A stretch of DNA of 64,000 nt from an uncultured Candidatus Saccharibacteria bacterium. GTDB lineage: Bacteria; Patescibacteriota; Minisyncoccia; Phycocordibacterales; JACOZG01. The stretch covers positions 165,797 through 229,796 of the forward strand of contig CAZYLF010000001.1 in NCBI GenBank assembly GCA_964648765.1. Direction: 5' to 3'. The notes beneath the pieces are model-generated. The model made no database searches. It saw nothing but the letters and a program-made list of their open reading frames with translations, and was not told the DNA's origin. The translations under genes were made by a program, and so were the position numbers. Every line of letters begins with the position of its first letter. The first letter of the stretch is position 1. This document shows, one piece after another, positions 36,814 through 46,462 of the stretch.

Positions 36814-38496
36814 ATGACTCAAGACGGGGCGTTAAAAATTCTTAAAACTGGGGCGAATGTTTTTTTAACCGGTGAGCCGGGAAGTGGTAAAACGCACACG
36901 GTTAATGCCTACGTGCGCTATTTACGCGAGCACGATATTGAGCCGGCGATTACGGCTTCCACGGGCATTGCCGCCACGCACATTGGCGGCATGACGATTC
37001 ACTCTTGGAGCGGGATCGGGATTAAGGGCGGTTTAACAGATTACGACCTCGATTTAATTTCGCAAAATGAGCGCTTGGTGCGACGCATCGGCAAGACGAA
37101 AATTTTAATTATTGATGAGATCTCCATGCTCGCGGCGCGGACGCTTGCGATGGTGGATCAAGTTTGCCGTTTACTGAAGGGAGAGGAGAGTTTACCTTTC
37201 GGCGGGATTCAAGTGGTGCTCGTTGGTGACTTCTTCCAACTTCCGCCAGTTTTTAAAAATGAAAAGAATATGTTTGGTAATTCCGAACCACAATTTGCCT
37301 ATCAATCGCCGGTGTGGGGCGAGGCTAAACCAGTGGTTTGCTATTTGCATGAGCAACACCGGCAAGAAGATAAAAACTTTCTTGATGTGCTTTCGGCTTT
37401 ACGTCGTGGGGAAATTACCAATCAGCACATGGCACATTTAGAAAGGCGGATAACTCAAGATGAAGTGCCTGGGGGCATTACCCAACTTTTTCCTCACAAT
37501 GAAAACGTGGACAGGATTAATGATGCGGAATTGGGCAAGTTAAATACATCTGGCCGAATTTATAAAATGACGTCCAAAGGCGCGCCACATTTAATTGAGG
37601 CTCTTAAAAAAAGTTGTTTGTCACCAGAAACTTTAGCGCTCAAAATTGGGGCCAAAGTAATGTTTACCAAAAATAGTTTGGAAGGCGAGTTTGTAAACGG
37701 CACAACAGGTGAAGTCACAGGCTTCGATCAACTTGTAGGTAAACCGATTGTGAAGACGCGAGAAGGGAAAGTTTTAGTAGTTGAGGAAAATGAGTGGGTG
37801 GTAGAAAATGATGGCAAAATTCTGGCGAGGATCCAGCAATTACCACTTCGCCTCGCCTGGGCGATTACGGTGCATAAAAGTCAGGGAATTTCACTCGACG
37901 CGGCAGTCATCGATCTCTCTCAAGCCTTTGAATATGGCCAAGGTTACGTGGCGCTTTCGCGAGTACGTTCGCTTAAAGGTTTACATTTACGTGGTTTAAA
38001 CGAGCGTGCTTTGGCCACGCATCCGGCGGTGCGAACTAAAGATGCGGAATTCCGTCGTGGCTCAGACGAGGCGAGTAAATACTTCCGCGTTATTGAACCG
38101 GCAGAGCTCACTAAAATGCATCACAATTTTATTAAATCTTCAGGTGGGGAAGTGGAAGCGCAAAATGTGCCACAGAAAAAAGTTTTAAAAGCTAAAGGAT
38201 CTGAGGGGACGCTGATTTTAATTAAGGAGAAAGCAAGTTTAGAAGAAATTGCCAAGGGGCGTAAATTAACTTTAGGGACGATTATTAAACACGTTGAGGA
38301 TTTAATAAAAGTTAAAAAAATTTCTGTAAAAGATATTACTTATCTTGAGCGCGGGCAAGAAGATGAATTAAAAGAAATAAAAAATATGTTTAAGAAAAAT
38401 TCTTCACAACCACTCAAAACTATTTTCGAAAAACTTGGTGGAATTTATTCTTACGAACAAATTAAATTGGCGAGGATTTTAACTCAAGTTACTTAG
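36814..38496 (+). CDS. Pif1/RecD-family ATP-dependent DNA helicase with K-rich C-terminal extension
   Basis: Walker A GEPGSGKTH, ILIIDEISML (motif II), VLVGDFFQLPPV (Pif1 signature-like), VHKSQGISLD (motif V-like). About 130 aa of lysine-rich C-terminal tail. Confidence 0.8.
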   Translation: MTQDGALKILKTGANVFLTGEPGSGKTHTVNAYVRYLREHDIEPAITASTGIAATHIGGMTIHSWSGIGIKGGLTDYDLDLISQNERLVRRIGKTKILIIDEISMLAARTLAMVDQVCRLLKGEESLPFGGIQVVLVGDFFQLPPVFKNEKNMFGNSEPQFAYQSPVWGEAKPVVCYLHEQHRQEDKNFLDVLSALRRGEITNQHMAHLERRITQDEVPGGITQLFPHNENVDRINDAELGKLNTSGRIYKMTSKGAPHLIEALKKSCLSPETLALKIGAKVMFTKNSLEGEFVNGTTGEVTGFDQLVGKPIVKTREGKVLVVEENEWVVENDGKILARIQQLPLRLAWAITVHKSQGISLDAAVIDLSQAFEYGQGYVALSRVRSLKGLHLRGLNERALATHPAVRTKDAEFRRGSDEASKYFRVIEPAELTKMHHNFIKSSGGEVEAQNVPQKKVLKAKGSEGTLILIKEKASLEEIAKGRKLTLGTIIKHVEDLIKVKKISVKDITYLERGQEDELKEIKNMFKKNSSQPLKTIFEKLGGIYSYEQIKLARILTQVT

Positions 38497-39155
38497 TCAG
38501 AAATTCTAAGGAATACGTCATCGCAGTTGTAAAGTCCTAATCCGATATTATCTTTACCGTATGACGCCAAGACAGCGAGACTTGGATGGTTACCGTCGCA
38601 GGTGCCATCCGTAGCGTTTTTAAATGGATCAAGCGGACAATCATAAGTATTATTTCCGCACCCAGATCCTATTGAAGATCTATTAACGTAAGCTGGATAA
38701 TCTGCGTCAAAAAAATATACCATGCCCCATGGATCAACTGGAGTATTCATATATGGGCCTTTCCATCTCCCGTTCAGATCACTAGCTCTCCATCTGCAGG
38801 AATTTGCATTTGGTCCGGTGCAGTTTGGGAAACCCACCTCACAATCTGTTGTGCCTGGGCTGTTGCAAGTACAGGGTGATGGTTGTACAAATATTCCTGA
38901 TAGAGGGTCATCTACTGGAATTTCTGATGTTAAACCACTGACTACTTTGTATGGTTCACATCCAAATGGCCACTTACCTGTGTCAAACGCAAGAAGGGAA
39001 ATTGCGTTACGTAATTGAATCAAATCTGATTTAGCTCGCGCTACTTTGGCCTTTTCTCTTGATTCACCGAGAGAAGCGAGAATAATAGAAGACAAAAGTG
39101 AGATGATAGAAATTACCACCAAGAGTTCAATTAGGGTAAATCCTCTGCGTTTCAT
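38493..39155 (-). CDS. type IV pilin-like protein (large, Cys-rich C-terminal domain)
   Basis: Class III prepilin signal [18 protein letters not shown] (the G|FTLIE cleavage/methylation motif). Start at the internal Met, since the longer ORF start lacks support. 12 Cys in the globular domain. Confidence 0.75.
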   Translation of the reverse strand: MKRRGFTLIELLVVISIISLLSSIILASLGESREKAKVARAKSDLIQLRNAISLLAFDTGKWPFGCEPYKVVSGLTSEIPVDDPLSGIFVQPSPCTCNSPGTTDCEVGFPNCTGPNANSCRWRASDLNGRWKGPYMNTPVDPWGMVYFFDADYPAYVNRSSIGSGCGNNTYDCPLDPFKNATDGTCDGNHPSLAVLASYGKDNIGLGLYNCDDVFLRISD

Positions 39156-39162
39156 TTTTTTA

Positions 39163-39840
39163 TTATACCAAAATTTTTTCGGCTGCGAGCAGATCTTCAG
39201 GTGTGGCAATTGGATGCCAGAAGTCCGAGATCACCGCTCGCACTTCGTGCTCGCGGGCAAGTTCAGCGATCATCTCCGTTAAATAAATCTCGCCGTTTTT
39301 CTCTGTCGGCATCGGCATGTTGAAGATTCGATCATCCAGCACATACACGCCCACCGCTGCTAGATTACTTTTAGGCTCTTCGGGCTTCTCTTCAATCCCA
39401 ATAACTCGGTGATTATAGTCGTGTTCCACAATACCAAATTGCTCGGGCGTGGAAGTCTCTTTAGTTACAATTGCGAGCGGATGCTCCAAAGCTGATTTAA
39501 GGGAGTTAGCGCTGTGGAGATCGTCGGCAAAAAGGAGTAAAAATTTTTCTCCTGCTTTAATAAATGGTTGGCAAAGTAAGGTGGCATAGGCGGTGCCACG
39601 TGGCTCGCATTGTTCAATATAATTAATTTTTTTTGCTTGATACTCCTCGCCAAAGTGATCTTTAATCATCTCGCCCAGGTAGCCAGTAACGATAATTAAT
39701 TCATCAATTTCTGGCGGTAGGATGTCTATAATGTGAGCTAAGAGTGGTTTACCTTTGAGTAGCACCATCGGTTTGGGGCGATCAAGTGTGAGAGGACGCA
39801 GTCTCTTCCCCAACCCCGCCGCCAAAATAATCGCTTTCAT
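39163..39840 (-). CDS. sugar-phosphate nucleotidyltransferase (NTP_transferase family)
   Basis: MKAIILAAGLGKRLRPLTLDRPKPMV is the G-x-G-x-R-L signature of RmlA/GlmU-type nucleotidyltransferases. 225 aa. Confidence 0.78.
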   Translation of the reverse strand: MKAIILAAGLGKRLRPLTLDRPKPMVLLKGKPLLAHIIDILPPEIDELIIVTGYLGEMIKDHFGEEYQAKKINYIEQCEPRGTAYATLLCQPFIKAGEKFLLLFADDLHSANSLKSALEHPLAIVTKETSTPEQFGIVEHDYNHRVIGIEEKPEEPKSNLAAVGVYVLDDRIFNMPMPTEKNGEIYLTEMIAELAREHEVRAVISDFWHPIATPEDLLAAEKILV

Positions 39841-39846
39841 AAAAAA

Positions 39847-39935
39847 CGGAGAGGGAGGGATTCGAACCCTCGAACCAGTTTTACCCAGTTAGCATCTTAG
39901 CAGGATGCTGCTTTCGACCGCTCAGCCACCTCTCC
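39847..39935 (-). tRNA. tRNA-Ser (anticodon GCU)
   Basis: Reverse complement folds as a type II tRNA: acceptor GGAGAGG/CCTCTCC, anticodon stem GCATC/GATGC with loop CTGCTAA, long variable arm, T-arm GAGGG-TTCGAAT-CCCTC, discriminator G. Followed by a T6 run. Confidence 0.85.
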
Positions 39936-39976
39936 AATGCTCATTAAGCTACCACATTTATCATTAATTTCAAAAA

Positions 39977-40651
39977 TTATCCAGAGGCTATGGCGAGCGG
40001 GAGCACTGAGTGGGCGCCGGCGGCGCGGAGGGTTTTGCGACATTCAGTGAGAGTAGCGCCGGTGGTGGCCACATCGTCGATTAATATGATGTCGCGATCT
40101 TTAATTTTTTCTGGCCGACTTACCTTAAACGCGCCATGTAGATTTTTAAGTCTTGCCTCACGATTTTTAAGTGATACTTGAGTGGGAGTATTTTTAACTT
40201 TTACTAAAACATCAGTAAGTATTTCAAAATTTTGTTGATCACCATCACAAAAAGCTTTAGCTAAAAGTTCTGCTTGATTAAATCCGCGTGCACGCTCTCG
40301 CGAGCGGGCAAGTGGCACGGGGATAATTAAAATTTTCTCATCTCTTCCATTCCACATTTTACGCTCAGCCAAATCCTCAATTAAATGCGCATAGGCTGTT
40401 CGACCTAAAATTTGTGCAATTTCTCGCCGTCCATGATATTTAAGTTGCCAGATTAATTTTTTTAAAACTTTGTCGTGATAATTAAAGAGTGCGACTACGC
40501 CTTTAGTGACTTCAGTGCGGTCGGCAAGATCAATATTATTAAGGCAATCACTGCAAATATAAGTTTCCAGCTTTTTACACCCCGCACAACGTTTAGGAAA
40601 GATTAAATTAAGAATCTTTCTGTGGATAAGTTTGAGTTTGAGTAAAATCAT
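39977..40651 (-). CDS. comF: ComF family competence protein (double zinc ribbon + phosphoribosyltransferase domain)
   Basis: CAGCKKLETYICSDCLNNI zinc-ribbon. C-terminal PRTase motif ILIDDVATTGATL. Confidence 0.8.
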   Translation of the reverse strand: MILLKLKLIHRKILNLIFPKRCAGCKKLETYICSDCLNNIDLADRTEVTKGVVALFNYHDKVLKKLIWQLKYHGRREIAQILGRTAYAHLIEDLAERKMWNGRDEKILIIPVPLARSRERARGFNQAELLAKAFCDGDQQNFEILTDVLVKVKNTPTQVSLKNREARLKNLHGAFKVSRPEKIKDRDIILIDDVATTGATLTECRKTLRAAGAHSVLPLAIASG

Positions 40652-40697
40652 TGTGGATTTTCTATGTTATACTTTACGTTAACAGAATATACATGTC

Positions 40698-41816
40698 ATG
40701 TTCAATCCATTCGAGAAATTGTGGGGCGGCGGTAAGCTAGTTCTTTGGCAAAAAAAAGATAATAAAGTATTAGGTATTGATATCGGGCATTCCTCGGCTA
40801 AAGTAGTGCAACTTAAAAAGGAGCACGGCCGGGTGATCCTTGAGACCTATGGTGAGATTGCTCTTGGTCCATATGGTGACTTGGCTGTAGGTCAAGTGGC
40901 TAGCTTGGCACCAGCTAAAACACAAGAGATGCTCAAAGATCTCTTTGGTGAGGCGAGCGTCACGGCTAAAACGGCTGCCTTCTCTATTCCGCTTGGTGCG
41001 AGCTTGCTCGTGATAATTGAGTTGCCCGAAGTGGCGGCAAATAAGCTCGATAAAATTATCCCACTTGAGGCTCGTAAATATATCCCCGTGCCAATTTCTG
41101 AAGTGGAGCTTGATTGGTGGGTAATCCCTAAGCATCAAGGTGAGGGAGTTACTAACACACCTGGCAAAAAAACTATTGAAGTGCTCGTGGTGGCTATCCA
41201 CAAAGAGGTTGTAAATCAATACAACGAAATCTCAAAGGCTTCTGGATTAAAAACAGAATTTTTTGAGATTGAAACTTTTAGTGCTATCCGCGCGGTGTAT
41301 GAAGGAGATCTTGCTCCAGTTGTAATTTTGGATATTGGAGCTGGCACTTCCAAACTTGCGGTTGTGGATTACGGGGTAGTGCGACTTTCCCACACCATTA
41401 GTAAGGGCTCGCAAGATATCACCACAGCACTTTCTCGCTCGCTTGATGTGGACTTTGCCCGGGCTGAGCAAATCAAACGCGAGGTTGGCCTAATGGAAAA
41501 GGAGACTGATGGCAAAATTGTTAGTATAATGAATACGATCACTGACTACATTTTTTCTGAAGTAAATAAAGTGATCGTGATCTATCAGCAAAAGTATCGC
41601 CGCAGCGTTTCCAAAATTGTTTTAATCGGTGGTGGCTCACTTTTGAAAGGGATACTTGAAACAGCTGGTAAAAGTTTTGAGGTACCGGTTACCTTGGGTC
41701 ATGCTTTCGGCAAAGTAGAGTACCCCGCATTTTTAGATAAAGTGCTCAAGGAGATTGGTCCAAGTTTCGCGGTGGCAGTAGGTCTTGCCTCCAGACAGCT
41801 TGAGAGATTGGAGTAA
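40698..41816 (+). CDS. pilM: type IV pilus assembly ATPase-like protein PilM
   Basis: Actin-like fold start LGIDIGHSSAKVVQL. 372 aa. Immediately followed by PilN/PilO-like genes. Confidence 0.88.
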   Translation: MFNPFEKLWGGGKLVLWQKKDNKVLGIDIGHSSAKVVQLKKEHGRVILETYGEIALGPYGDLAVGQVASLAPAKTQEMLKDLFGEASVTAKTAAFSIPLGASLLVIIELPEVAANKLDKIIPLEARKYIPVPISEVELDWWVIPKHQGEGVTNTPGKKTIEVLVVAIHKEVVNQYNEISKASGLKTEFFEIETFSAIRAVYEGDLAPVVILDIGAGTSKLAVVDYGVVRLSHTISKGSQDITTALSRSLDVDFARAEQIKREVGLMEKETDGKIVSIMNTITDYIFSEVNKVIVIYQQKYRRSVSKIVLIGGGSLLKGILETAGKSFEVPVTLGHAFGKVEYPAFLDKVLKEIGPSFAVAVGLASRQLERLE

Positions 41817-41823
41817 AAAGTAT

Positions 41824-42450
41824 ATGCAAAATCAAACATCGTTCATTCCCAAACAAGTATTAACAAAGCAGGTTTCTAACCGACGCGAGGGCGTGGGCTT
41901 GTTTAGTGTAATTGCGGTGGTTGTCTTAATAGTTTCTTTGGGCTTTTTGGGTGCCACATATTTTTATCGTTATGTTCTTTTAGACGAGATTAACCGTGAG
42001 TGTCCAGAAACACCGTCAACGGGTGAGGATGCCCTCACCCGAGGTTGCGGTCTCTTGGCAGCACTCGCTAAGCTTGAAGAAAGTTTAAATGATGAGCAAG
42101 TTTTATTAAAACGGATTGAGCGTTTAGACAACAAGATTAAAAAAGCTAATGAAATAGTGGTTAATCACAACACTGTTTTGCCAATTTTTGATATTTTACA
42201 AAAATTGACTCTTCAAACAGTGGGTTATTCAAGTTTCTCATTTGACGGTGAGACCATTAAACTCTCTGGCAAGGCTCGTAGTTATGAAAGTATTGCACTC
42301 CAATCCCAAAAGTTTTCAGAAAATATTAATGAGGTTACTAGTTTCGTATTTTCTGGTTTAAGTGTGGGTGATGATGATAGTGTGAGTTTCCAACTTACAC
42401 TTACGATTGATCCAAACTTGTTATCATACGATAAGACAATTTCATCATGA
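41824..42450 (+). CDS. pilN: PilN-like type IV pilus inner-membrane assembly protein
   Basis: Single N-terminal TM (LFSVIAVVVLIVSLGFLGATYFY) plus a coiled-coil periplasmic region. Start at MQNQTS, directly after the pilM stop. Confidence 0.7.
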   Translation: MQNQTSFIPKQVLTKQVSNRREGVGLFSVIAVVVLIVSLGFLGATYFYRYVLLDEINRECPETPSTGEDALTRGCGLLAALAKLEESLNDEQVLLKRIERLDNKIKKANEIVVNHNTVLPIFDILQKLTLQTVGYSSFSFDGETIKLSGKARSYESIALQSQKFSENINEVTSFVFSGLSVGDDDSVSFQLTLTIDPNLLSYDKTISS

Positions 42451-42998
42451 CCCGGTTCCTTCTCCCATTAATCCTTATTGCCAGTGCTGTGTTTGTATTT
42501 TTTACCTTTACCGACAAGATTTGGGAGGAGATTCGTGGCCTTAAAACCCAAAAGGTGGAACTTGAGATGGGTATTAATCAAGCTAATGAGTTGCTGAGGC
42601 GTCAACAAGAATTACTTAAAATTTACAATGCTATTGCCGATGATCAAAAGGAACGTTTAGACAAATTACTGCCTGATAACATCGATAACGTCCGCTTAAT
42701 AATCGACATGAACAACATCGCCAAGTTCCATGGCATGAGTTTGCGTGGCGTGAGTGTGTCTGGTGGTGATGTGGGTACGCGGCAATCAGCAGACGCGCAG
42801 TCTGGAGAAAGTCTATTGAGTGCCGATTCTGTGGTGGTGAGCTTTTCCGTGACGGCTTCGTATGAAGCGTTTAAGGAATTTCTCTTCGATCTCTCCACTA
42901 GTTTACGGTTGCTTGATGTGGCCAGTCTCTCCATCTCCACAGGGGAGAAAAATTTGTACACCTTTAATTTGGGCCTTAAAACCTATTGGTTAAAATAA
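42447..42998 (+). CDS. pilO: PilO-like type IV pilus assembly protein
   Basis: N-terminal TM then a coiled-coil (EELRGLKTQKVELEMGINQANELL). Translationally coupled to pilN by a 4-nt overlap. Confidence 0.65.
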   Translation: MTRFLLPLILIASAVFVFFTFTDKIWEEIRGLKTQKVELEMGINQANELLRRQQELLKIYNAIADDQKERLDKLLPDNIDNVRLIIDMNNIAKFHGMSLRGVSVSGGDVGTRQSADAQSGESLLSADSVVVSFSVTASYEAFKEFLFDLSTSLRLLDVASLSISTGEKNLYTFNLGLKTYWLK

Positions 42999-43002
42999 AT
43001 TT

Positions 43003-43398
43003 ATGAACGGCAAACTTATTAATAACATTATCATCATCGCTTTAGTCCTTGGTCTTGGGGTGGCGGTTTACTTCTTTTTCTTTTCCGACAAAACTGATGA
43101 TACTCCATCGCTTGTTTCATCATCAGGAGAAGTTGCCGGTAGTATTGATGGTGTTGATATCACACCTAACCGACAATTTTTAGCAATTTTAAATAATCTT
43201 GAAGCGATCAAACTTGATGTTTCAATTTTCTCCAACCCCGCGTTTTTGGGTTTTAAAGATTTTAGTAAACCCCTTGATCCGGAGCCTTCAGGAAGAGAGA
43301 ATCCTTTCAAGGATTACAATCCAAACGCAATTTGGCTTGGCAGCGACGATGGTTTTGCGTCGACTTCTCGCGCCACCAGCACCTCGCCAACTCCGTAA
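43003..43398 (+). CDS. small membrane protein in pil operon (PilP-like candidate)
   Basis: 131 aa with an N-terminal TM (IIIIALVLGLGVAVYFFFF). Sits between pilO and pilB. Confidence 0.4.
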   Translation: MNGKLINNIIIIALVLGLGVAVYFFFFSDKTDDTPSLVSSSGEVAGSIDGVDITPNRQFLAILNNLEAIKLDVSIFSNPAFLGFKDFSKPLDPEPSGRENPFKDYNPNAIWLGSDDGFASTSRATSTSPTP

Positions 43399-43412
43399 TT
43401 TAAATTTTCACT

Positions 43413-44981
43413 ATGGATAGCACAAACACCATCCCAGTAAAAAAGTTTCTGGAAAACGAAAAAGTCGCTCCAGAAATTCTTAATTATATTCCTAAAAATT
43501 CCGCTACTTACTACCAACTTTCCCCGGTTGGTTTAAAAGATGGTGTACTTGAGGTGGGTATGATTGATCCAAATAATTTGGAAGCTCGTGATGCGCTCCA
43601 ATTTATTGCTTCTAAACTTGGGATGCCGTTTAAAATCTTCTCTATCTCTAAAGCAGATTTTGATAAATTGATGGAGAGTTATGAGGGTCTTACAGGGCAA
43701 GTTTCAAAAGCTTTAGGCGATTTGAGTGAGGATATTAAAGCTGAAGAAGAGGAGATCAAAGAGATAAAGGGTGATATTAAAACCGCTCAAGCACAAATAA
43801 TTGAGGATGCCCCGGTGACCAAAATTGTGGCGGTTATTTTGCAGCATGCCACTTCCGGCAATGCTTCCGACATCCACATTGAGCCCAATGGTTCAAACGT
43901 GAAGGTGCGTTTTAGAGTTGACGGCGCTTTGTATACTAGTTTAATTTTGCCAGCTGATGTGCACGATGCGGTGGTGGCGCGTATTAAAATTCTTACCAAC
44001 ATGAAGCTCGATGAAAAGCGTAAACCCCAAGACGGACGCTTTTCCGCAAAAATTGAAACCAAAAAAATTGATTTCCGTGTTTCTACCTTACCTACTTATT
44101 TCGGTGAGAAGGTGGTGATCCGTATTCTTGATCCAGAGCGCACCAACCTAAATCTTGGCACTCTTGGTTTGAGTGAGCGTAATTTAGTGATGCTCCGCAA
44201 TGCCATCTCGCGCCCTTACGGCATGATCTTGATCACTGGCCCAACAGGTTCTGGTAAAACCACCACGCTTTACGCCATGCTCCGCGAGCTGGATCGAGAA
44301 AAAAACAACATAGTCTCTCTTGAGGATCCAGTGGAATACAACATTGAGGGCATTAACCAGTCTCAAGTGCAACCAGAAATTAATTACACCTTCGCCAACG
44401 GTTTGCGTTCAATTTTGCGCCAGGACCCTGATATTATAATGGTGGGAGAAATTCGCGATGGTGAGACAGCTAAACTTGCCATTCAGGCGGCGCTTACTGG
44501 TCACTTGGTGTTGGCAACACTTCACACCAACAACACCGCAGGGGTGGTGCCACGTTTGGTGGATATGGGCGTGGATGCATACTTAATTGCTGCCACACTT
44601 ATTTTGGCGGTGGCGCAACGTTTGGTGCCAACCCTTTGCGCTGATTCTAAAGAACCAGTACCAGTGGAAGGTGCAATTAAAATGATGATTGAGAAAGCAA
44701 TTGAGGGTGTGGATCCTAAATTCCGGAAAGATATTAAAATTCCAACCACTGTGTACCGTGGGGCTCGATCGGCCACTTGCCCAGGTGGCACCAAGGGTCG
44801 AGGTGCAGTGTTTGAGATTATGGAAATTAATCGTGAAATTGAAAAGGCAATCATGGAAAATCCAATTGAAGCCGAAATGTATAAGATCAGTAGAGCCAAC
44901 GGCTTGTTCACAATGAAGGAGGACGCCCTATTAAAAGCTTTTGAGGGGATAGTGCCCTTTGAGGAAGTGAGTAAATTGTAA
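43413..44981 (+). CDS. pilB: type IV pilus assembly ATPase PilB (GspE family)
   Basis: N-terminal GSPII-like domain, Walker A GPTGSGKTTTLYAML, Asp/His boxes, and a tetra-Cys motif (CADSKEP...CPGG). Confidence 0.93.
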   Translation: MDSTNTIPVKKFLENEKVAPEILNYIPKNSATYYQLSPVGLKDGVLEVGMIDPNNLEARDALQFIASKLGMPFKIFSISKADFDKLMESYEGLTGQVSKALGDLSEDIKAEEEEIKEIKGDIKTAQAQIIEDAPVTKIVAVILQHATSGNASDIHIEPNGSNVKVRFRVDGALYTSLILPADVHDAVVARIKILTNMKLDEKRKPQDGRFSAKIETKKIDFRVSTLPTYFGEKVVIRILDPERTNLNLGTLGLSERNLVMLRNAISRPYGMILITGPTGSGKTTTLYAMLRELDREKNNIVSLEDPVEYNIEGINQSQVQPEINYTFANGLRSILRQDPDIIMVGEIRDGETAKLAIQAALTGHLVLATLHTNNTAGVVPRLVDMGVDAYLIAATLILAVAQRLVPTLCADSKEPVPVEGAIKMMIEKAIEGVDPKFRKDIKIPTTVYRGARSATCPGGTKGRGAVFEIMEINREIEKAIMENPIEAEMYKISRANGLFTMKEDALLKAFEGIVPFEEVSKL

Positions 44982-44993
44982 TATAATACAAAC

Positions 44994-45398
44994 ATGATAA
45001 ATGAAGATAAGCGCAAAATTTTAATTGTAGATGACGATAAGTTTTTGCTTGATATGTATTCAATCAAGTTCACGGAGTCCGGCTTTAATATTGAGACGGC
45101 TTTTTCTGGCGCAGAAGCGCTTGAGAAGGTGAGTAAAGGTTTCCGACCTGATATATATTTGGTGGACATTATTATGCCGGCGATGGACGGCTTTGAATTG
45201 ATCCGCCAAATGAAAGCCAAAAAGGTAGATCTTGATTCGGCGGTAGTAGTGCTCTCAAACTTGGGCCAGAAAGATGATATCGAGAAGGCTTTAAGTTTGG
45301 GAGTTGATGGATACATCGTTAAAGCTAGTGCTACGCCAAGTGAGGTGGTGGCTAAAGTTATTGAAATCTTTAATAAAAAGCGCGGACAAAATAAATGA
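44994..45398 (+). CDS. single-domain response regulator (CheY/PilH-like receiver)
   Basis: KILIVDDDKFLLDMY...DIYLVDIIMPAMDG receiver domain, with the phospho-acceptor Asp in LVDIIMP. 134 aa, no output domain. Confidence 0.85.
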   Translation: MINEDKRKILIVDDDKFLLDMYSIKFTESGFNIETAFSGAEALEKVSKGFRPDIYLVDIIMPAMDGFELIRQMKAKKVDLDSAVVVLSNLGQKDDIEKALSLGVDGYIVKASATPSEVVAKVIEIFNKKRGQNK

Positions 45399-46459
45399 CG
45401 GATTATAAAAAAGAGTTAGAAGATTTGGTGGTGATTGTGACCCAAGAGGGGGCTTCCGATCTCCACTTAACCGCTGGCCGGCATCCATCTATTCGTGTAT
45501 CTGGTGATCTCATTCCGATTGTTAAAAAGCCAGTTCTCACGCCTGAAGATACTTTAGGCATGGTGATGAGTGCCTTAAGTGAAGAAAATAAAGAGCTTTT
45601 TAACAAACAAAAAGACATTGATTTCTCATATAGTTTAGCTGGTGGTGTGCGCTTCCGTGGTAATGCTTTTTACCAAAAGGGCTTTGTAGGCGCGGCTTTC
45701 CGTTTAATCCCGCTCAAAGTTAAGAGTTTTTCAGAACTTAATTTACCCGATCGCTTGGCCGACTTTACTCGGCTTGAGCAGGGCTTCTTCCTTGTGGTGG
45801 GGCCGGTGGGTCACGGCAAATCTACCACGCTTGCTTCAATGATTGATATGATCAATCATGAGCGCACTGAGCATATTGTGACCATTGAGGATCCTATCGA
45901 ATACATTTTTACCAGTGACCACTCAATTATTGATCAACGTGAGGTGCGTTTTGACACCACCGATTTCCACTCAGCGCTTAAGGCGATGTTTCGCCAAGAT
46001 GTGAATGTGGCGATGGTGGGTGAGATGCGCGGACCAGAGGCAATCTCTACCACAGTTACTGCCGCAGAAACTGGTCACTTAATTTTTTCAACTTTGCACA
46101 CTAATAGCGCTGCTCAAACTATCGACCGTATTATCGATTCCTTCCCACCTAATCAACAACGACAAATTCGGGTGCAACTCGCGGGGAGCTTAATCGGAAT
46201 CTTTTCTCAACGTTTAATTCCGCGCACGGCCGGAGGTTTGGTGCCAGCTTATGAACTTCTTTTAAATAATAATGCAGTTGCCAACTTGGTACGTGAGGGT
46301 CGCACCGCTGAAATTGATGTAGTTATCGAAACGGGTTCTGATCAGGGGATGGTCGACATGAACCACTCTCTAGCCGAGCTGGTGCGCAAAGGCGAAATCA
46401 GTCAAGAAAACGCTTTTAGATTCTCCATTAACCAAAAAGGTTTGGAACGCTTATTATAA
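45395..46459 (+). CDS. pilT: twitching motility/retraction ATPase PilT
   Basis: ASDLHL..., Walker A GPVGHGKSTTLASMID, and the AIRNLIRE-like ANLVREGRTAE motif. 354 aa. Confidence 0.92.
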   Translation: MTDYKKELEDLVVIVTQEGASDLHLTAGRHPSIRVSGDLIPIVKKPVLTPEDTLGMVMSALSEENKELFNKQKDIDFSYSLAGGVRFRGNAFYQKGFVGAAFRLIPLKVKSFSELNLPDRLADFTRLEQGFFLVVGPVGHGKSTTLASMIDMINHERTEHIVTIEDPIEYIFTSDHSIIDQREVRFDTTDFHSALKAMFRQDVNVAMVGEMRGPEAISTTVTAAETGHLIFSTLHTNSAAQTIDRIIDSFPPNQQRQIRVQLAGSLIGIFSQRLIPRTAGGLVPAYELLLNNNAVANLVREGRTAEIDVVIETGSDQGMVDMNHSLAELVRKGEISQENAFRFSINQKGLERLL

Positions 46460-46462
46460 TTT

